From assembly GCA_002344825.1 (NCBI GenBank), contig DDUN01000034.1, forward strand, positions 15,171 to 77,774: DNA of 62,604 nt, read 5' to 3'. This document shows positions 59,501 to 62,604 of the stretch, piece after piece. The stretch's first letter is position 1, and the number at the start of each line of letters is the position of its first letter. The notes under the pieces are model-generated. The model was not told the origin of the DNA, made no database searches, and saw only the letters and a program-made list of their open reading frames with translations. Position numbers and translations under genes: made by a program. The stretch comes from Candidatus Multiplicimicrobium inquinatum (GTDB taxonomy: Bacteria; Omnitrophota; Omnitrophia; Omnitrophales; Aquincolibacteriaceae).

Positions 59501-62210
59501 TCCAACCAACCAATCCGCCGGCATATTCGCCGTCATCGTAATCATCACCATCCTGAGTATTGCGATCCGCCTCGACCGTTGCCGAAGAATAAGAATTTGA
59601 AATAATTGCATCTGAGCTTGTGTAACCAACGAGCCCCCCAACATAATCATCACCATACGCGCTGCCCGTAGAATAAGATGCTGAAACAGTTCCATGCACC
59701 TGTCCTCCAATCAAGCCGCCAACATAATCTGATCCTAAAACAGCTCCTTCAGCATAAGAGTTCGTAATATTCGTATTCGTAGCATGATAACCAACCAGTC
59801 CGCCGACATAAAATGATTCATCGTCATTGTCGTTATAACCGGTTACATCTCCCGTGGCATGCGAACCGGAAATAGCACTTGAGTTATGTCCGACTAACCC
59901 TCCAAGATAATTCGCGCTTGAATTACTTTGAATCGATACATTTCCATCCGCGTAGACATTCGTCAATGCGCTGCCTGATTCATTCTGACCAATCAAACCG
60001 CCGACCTGGTGGCGGCCGCGAACATTTCCGGTAGCATGAGAGTCTTCAATGGCGCTGCCCGACGCGTTATATCCAACCAGCCCGCCAACATTATCAGCAT
60101 CGAAACCATTTTCATTGCTCACATTACCGGTGGCATAAACGTCCGTGAGCGCGCTGTAATTGGTACCAATAAGACCGCCGGTACGACTCCGGCCCGTGAC
60201 AGTTCCCGTGGCATAAACTAAGGTGAGCGCATTGCCAGTCGCATTTTCGCCGATAAGGCCTCCGGTGTGGCTGCGTCCCGTCACATTTCCGGTTGCATAC
60301 ACATCGGTCACCGTCGAACTGTCTTCATTGCGGCCGATAAGACCGCCTGTGTAATCCTCGCCGGAAACAGTCCCGGTAGCATACGATCCGTCGATCGTGT
60401 CATAATTTCTTCCAACGAGACCGCCGGTGAAATACCCTCCGGTAACAGAGGCCGTGGAATAAGAATCTTCAATCGTTCCGTCATTGCGCCCGACGAGACC
60501 GCCGGTATGGTAACCGCCGCTCACGCTGCCGGTCACATAAGAATTGGAAATTGAACCTTCGTTGAAGCCGGTAACACCGCCCGTGTACTGTCCGCCGCTG
60601 ATCGAAACCGTCGTCAACCGGACATCATCAATCACACCCGCGGATCCCACGGAGGCGAATAACCCTATATATTCAGTACCCGAACGATTGATAGTCAGAT
60701 TTGAAATTGTCTTGCCATTACCGTCGAAACTTCCTATAAATTGGCTCGCAGAGCTTCCAATTGGATCAAAATTAAAATCAGAACCATTGATGTTGTTGGC
60801 CAGCCTGTAATATGCGCCCATGCTGGAAATATTCTGTAGCTGGGAAATGTCATGAATGATGTAAGGCGCGCCCATGGTCCCGAGCCCAACTGTCTTCACA
60901 AAAAGAACCGCGAGTTTTGTGAGGAAAGTTGCCACACTGATATCATTGACGGTGGTGGAAGAAGTAAATGTCGGCGTAGAACCATTCTGACTTCTTTCCA
61001 GCGTTAAAGTGCCGATCCCAGACAAAATCCCTACCGTGGAATCTTCCGAAGCACGCAAAGTTAAATCATGCGCATTGCCGGTAATTGTCGCTGTGGAATC
61101 CATGAGAAAAGCGCCGGAACCATTCTGATCACTGTCCGCCCAAAAAGTCGTATCACCTGTCATATTCAGCGTCACGCCCGCGTTAATCACTATGTTGATC
61201 TCATCGCTGATGGCTCCGGACACATCTGTGTCATCAGTATAGGTAATCGCGTTATCAAGATTATTAATCGAAGATTGATCGACTTCAAAAATACCACCCA
61301 CATTAAAACTTGCGCCTTCTTCATGCAGAAAATTGGTCCTGAGCGTTCCTTTGGAATCAATACCCCCGTCGGCCACAAACTCAACCTGACCATCACGCTC
61401 AACCGCGCGGCCAGCCTGCACAACACCTTCATTATTCACAATGCGGTTTAAAGTTTTATTGAGCAACTTTGCCGTCATTTCAACTTTTCCGCCGTCCGCG
61501 CGTATCTCTCCGGTATTCGTAATTTGATCTACCGTATTTCCATCTGCATCTTTCAATTCATGCTGAAGTCCCTCATCCACGACAAGGTTGATTAGCCCCT
61601 GCTGATCGAAGCTGACAGAAATTTTTTCTCCGGAACCTAAAGCAACACTGCCGAGATAAGCCGTGATTTTTCCGGTGTTCTGAATTTTATCGGCAAGAAA
61701 AATAATATATCCGCCATCCGCGGCTTGAATATCCGCCTGATTAAGAATCTCGGCGGCATTCGCGCCCTGCATTTTTTCAAATGAAAACTGATTCGTAAGA
61801 AATAATTCGTTTTGAATATTCAATGTGGAAGCAATCAAAGAGGCAACGTTGATATTCGCGGCCTGCGCGATGTAAACACCCTGCGTGTTCACCAAAACGA
61901 TTTTGCCTTCAGCCAGAAGAGAGCCGATCCAGTTTGTCTGACTGCCTGTCATATCGCGCAAAAGTGCGTCATTGTTTCCGACGAAGCGAACGGTTTCATG
62001 CGCGAGAATGCTGGTGTCGCCTTCAAAAACCGCGCGGCTATTCATCGTGACAGTAGTGATATCTCCCTCTTTTGAAATAACCGCGTCGCCTTCCGTAACC
62101 TGAACATCGAAAGCAAAGGCAGCATGGGGAAAAATATTCCAGAAAATAAAAATAAATGCGGTCAGAAAAGCAGCGGCGCGTTTAAACCATGTGTTTGAAG
62201 TCATCATCAT
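53589..62210 (-). CDS. TpsA-type giant exoprotein (2,873 aa) with an N-terminal TPS domain and a GLUG-motif repeat array
   Basis: Signal-like N-terminus, followed by a haemagglutination-activity/TPS-like region (VRFVGNN..., KIVLVNTQGVYI in place of NPNG). More than 80 degenerate repeats of the type Y(V/A)GG(L/F)IG.N..G.I..SY(A/S)TG.V.G follow. The C-terminal roughly 200 aa are Ser/Asn/Glu-rich low complexity. Confidence 0.9.
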   Translation of the reverse strand: MMMTSNTWFKRAAAFLTAFIFIFWNIFPHAAFAFDVQVTEGDAVISKEGDITTVTMNSRAVFEGDTSILAHETVRFVGNNDALLRDMTGSQTNWIGSLLAEGKIVLVNTQGVYIAQAANINVASLIASTLNIQNELFLTNQFSFEKMQGANAAEILNQADIQAADGGYIIFLADKIQNTGKITAYLGSVALGSGEKISVSFDQQGLINLVVDEGLQHELKDADGNTVDQITNTGEIRADGGKVEMTAKLLNKTLNRIVNNEGVVQAGRAVERDGQVEFVADGGIDSKGTLRTNFLHEEGASFNVGGIFEVDQSSINNLDNAITYTDDTDVSGAISDEINIVINAGVTLNMTGDTTFWADSDQNGSGAFLMDSTATITGNAHDLTLRASEDSTVGILSGIGTLTLERSQNGSTPTFTSSTTVNDISVATFLTKLAVLFVKTVGLGTMGAPYIIHDISQLQNISSMGAYYRLANNINGSDFNFDPIGSSASQFIGSFDGNGKTISNLTINRSGTEYIGLFASVGSAGVIDDVRLTTVSISGGQYTGGVTGFNEGSISNSYVTGSVSGGYHTGGLVGRNDGTIEDSYSTASVTGGYFTGGLVGRNYDTIDGSYATGTVSGEDYTGGLIGRNEDSSTVTDVYATGNVTGRSHTGGLIGENATGNALTLVYATGTVTGRSRTGGLIGTNYSALTDVYATGNVSNENGFDADNVGGLVGYNASGSAIEDSHATGNVRGRHQVGGLIGQNESGSALTNVYADGNVSIQSNSSANYLGGLVGHNSSAISGSHATGDVTGYNDNDDESFYVGGLVGYHATNTNITNSYAEGAVLGSDYVGGLIGGQVHGTVSASYSTGSAYGDDYVGGLVGYTSSDAIISNSYSSATVEADRNTQDGDDYDDGEYAGGLVGWNSGTISGSYATGTVRADVYAGGLAGGNNGTVQNSYSSGNVTIDGSNRYDYNYGGGLIGNSGGTVTNSYYNIDEVDINGESRVTRFGIYDAQYQDWVDGSYVALDVADYLTLNGGYYEIGTLTNLKDFLAFAGSSSALSFAITANIDMDELNFTIPYLNVAEFDGGGFNISNLALDMDDFVNVGFISHNVSDVTDLHLISGSVSGGKYVGGLVGNNDGDIQDSHTELSVSGRFNVGGFVGDNDGTIGGSYSLGDVSANEGNAYGFVGSFYTDNDSITNSYYNINDVLIDSDGDAGNGVENRVNAFGIYEGQFDDWIGGGRAALDIDDYLGTDGDGNYLITSLQDLKNILPFVNTGTSENLDFLITDAIDLSTTHYFMIPTLRVNAFDGGSEILSGLISDNENYINSGFIGMAIGSAITNLVLSNFNITGGIRTGGMIGRMDENSSISNSSFQGTVTGGLRTGGLVGYKEGGTISDSSVGASSEVTANDDSREYDSYYDGAWDTTADGDMAGGLVGHNVGGISGSSVGASAVVQADDEYVGGLIGYHASGDISNSFVGANVSVSTDEDYAGGFIGYHSGGNITNSYVGAGGAVEGDYYVGGFTGRHSSGTISNSHSLADATGRDYIGGFIGEHDSGTIMNSYATGDIDGDSWVGGFIGYQNGGDISDSYATGNVIATDYWVGGFIGTNSNGNITDSYSTGNVTADGSYVGGFIGEHQAGNITDSYSTGDVKAGYYDEDEEEFVYRESYVGGFIGYNNGGIITFDPESMEGGLPDFGSVGGGEYVGGFIGRNANSNLDGFFTNNDVIATGSYAGGLIGYNTNANILNSYSTGTEIEGDGDYVGGLIGYHVSGNITDSYSTRDVSGDEYVGGFMGFHDNGNITDSYSTGDVTAVNYAGGFIGRNNHGTITYDSELVWQNYGDVSGATYIGGMIGYNDSANISGFHTNAAITATGDHVGGLLGYNNSGQVSNSYTTGTAITGTNGNTGGLIGSNNTGSVTDSYSARNVSGGGTIGGLIGINESGDVSGSYATGDVTASSSIAGGLIGRSNGGETSDSYATGDVSGADRVGGFIGYHNAGAITDSYSTGDVTASSSYAGGFIGYNNSGTISFEGELSDFGDVEGTNYVGGFIGYNNSSNISGFHTNNDITATGAQTGGFIGQNDSGDISNSYTTGTAISVAGANYIGGFIGLNQSGDITDSYSTRDVTGLGNVGGLVGSHTSGAILRSYATGDVTATGSDDYAGGLLGYNNSGSITDSYATGDVDAENVDYVGGLTGYKASGIVSNSYATGEVTGNDYVGGLIGLSENSPLTDSYATGDVTGRDYVGGLIGRNGADSVEFSGELSTAGEVSGRNYVGGLIGYNDSADISGYFTDKTVTATGGYAGGLLGYNNSGAVSDSHATGNVEAVDDYAGGLIGYNNSGNISDVYATGDVNNEGAYYVGGLIGRHVNGTIEDSYAEGDVTGLEYVGGLIGRSHAGNISDSYATGNISGTNAVGGLMGGHQAGNIIDSYATGDVEADGNYAGGLIGISIGGSISFDGDLPELGTVTGVNYAGGLVGYVNSTTVSGFDIHNNVTATGDYVGGFIGYNESGTISDSSARTVILNEGLPNQSEVNDPIEGRDYVGGFIGYNESGDIAGSYSNRDVEGRNYVGGFAGYNDTGEISESYSLGEVTATGNFVGGFIGQNAGDILRAFSNSLVTGLSSVGGFVGKNTGTIVNAYATGGVTGTGASTFGGFVGTNTGGSVTNAYSSGAVSASFSGDLLGTYVNSFFDNVHETGVLGIAGLTGLATSEMIVKENFTDAGWDFDTIWKIDEVPDADEASLPYFLWQDEVRIPLPVFLTEPSSDNGFEVILNEIADNRPQEIIGNQFISTMSGYGNASTVKDQGNSSGSGSKSNSSPSSHSTDESGNSSSSDEPSSEQNKNTDENGISQAEGAEGPIYGNGVSGHTFATQVTCAGSGECTGDISFTSGGSLPIGA
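54290..60800 (-). repeat. Degenerate tandem coding repeats (GLUG-motif units, about 20-25 codons each)
   Basis: CCGCCGACATAAT-like and GTAACC/GATAAAACCGCC-like strings recur on the plus strand throughout this interval. The protein-level periodicity is visible in the track translation. Confidence 0.85.
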
Positions 62211-62417
62211 GAAAACCTGCTCATTTATTACAAAGATGAGAGTTGTTTTAATTCTTACAAAAGTAATTTTAATTAACTATTATTAATTTTTCAACCCTTT
62301 TTATATAAAAATATAACTTTAATAATCTCTAAAGACCTACTGTGTCAAAATGAGTCATTTCTAGAGACTCAAAGACTAAAAACAACCCGCAAGACTATTA
62401 ATCTACCGCCTTAAAGT

Positions 62418-62604
62418 TTAAAACCCAATGCGTGCGGAAAGATGAATTTGATTGCGGTCACCGTCGGTGGAAGGATCGCCAATGGGAATACCGTAGTCGA
62501 ATTCAATATTAAAATCGGGCGAAATATAAAAACGCGCTCCAAAACCGGTTCCCACAAGCGCGCGGTTTTTCTCCGAAGACGGAAGCTGACGTTTTTGGTT
62601 AAAA
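62418..62604 (-). CDS. Second TpsB-family transporter, C-terminal 61 codons only (5' end lies off the window)
   Basis: Unlisted because it is open at the window edge. The translation ...LVGTGFGARFYISPDFNIEFDYGIPIGDPSTDGDRNQIHLSARIGF* is nearly identical in pattern to the C-terminus of the 51759..53480 product (...AGTGFGARFYVSPDFNIQFDYGIPLGDPSSDKNRNQIHLSARVGF*). Confidence 0.8.
   Translation of the reverse strand, partial: FNQKRQLPSSEKNRALVGTGFGARFYISPDFNIEFDYGIPIGDPSTDGDRNQIHLSARIGF

Noticed and set aside
54290-60800. The highly repetitive DNA could be mistaken for a CRISPR array or a satellite.
   Set aside because: The repeats are degenerate, lack unique spacers, and lie in a single uninterrupted 2,873-codon frame encoding GLUG-type protein repeats. 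The many plus-strand ORFs listed here (for example 56034..56549 and 57690..58166) are antisense artefacts of the repeat composition.

Overview
This 62.6-kb window comes from a diderm-type bacterium, judged by its outer-membrane beta-barrel gene and its two-partner secretion genes. It is coded almost entirely on the minus strand. Three very large genes dominate it. (1) An ORF of at least 3,967 codons fills positions 1..11902 on the minus strand. It is missing from the supplied ORF track because it has no stop codon inside the window. I found it by reading the frame by hand. (2) An ORF of about 2,950-3,050 aa lies at 18161..27313. (3) A 2,873-aa TpsA-type exoprotein made of GLUG repeats lies at 53589..62210, with a TpsB transporter gene on each side. 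The first two giants share an N-terminal module. Each is a mosaic of enzyme-like domains and transmembrane blocks. A short peptide motif, Arg-Ser-Glu-hydrophobic-Arg, recurs at essentially every domain boundary in both. I consider this motif the most novel signal in the window, because it suggests a modular polyprotein or a processing-site architecture. Other notable items are a roughly 300-nt GC-rich, heavily base-paired non-coding element at 50204..50502, and an A/T-richer accessory island at about 37.7-42.9 kb. The island carries a DGQHR protein, an unknown protein and a Dam-like methyltransferase, plus a nuclease-gene remnant, an ORF6N gene surrounded by a family of palindromes, and a Doc/AbrB toxin-antitoxin pair. 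There are also several unlisted small ORFs. The remaining genes are ordinary housekeeping or transport genes: typA, two pseudouridine synthases, a DEAD-box helicase, ADP-forming acetyl-CoA synthetase, feoAB, an amino-acid ABC transporter, lemA with two TPM genes, and others. I recognised no rRNA, tRNA, CRISPR array, integrase or transposase. All domain calls rest on motif recognition by eye, and no database search was run. The giant-gene content resembles candidate phyla such as Omnitrophota, but that is inference only.
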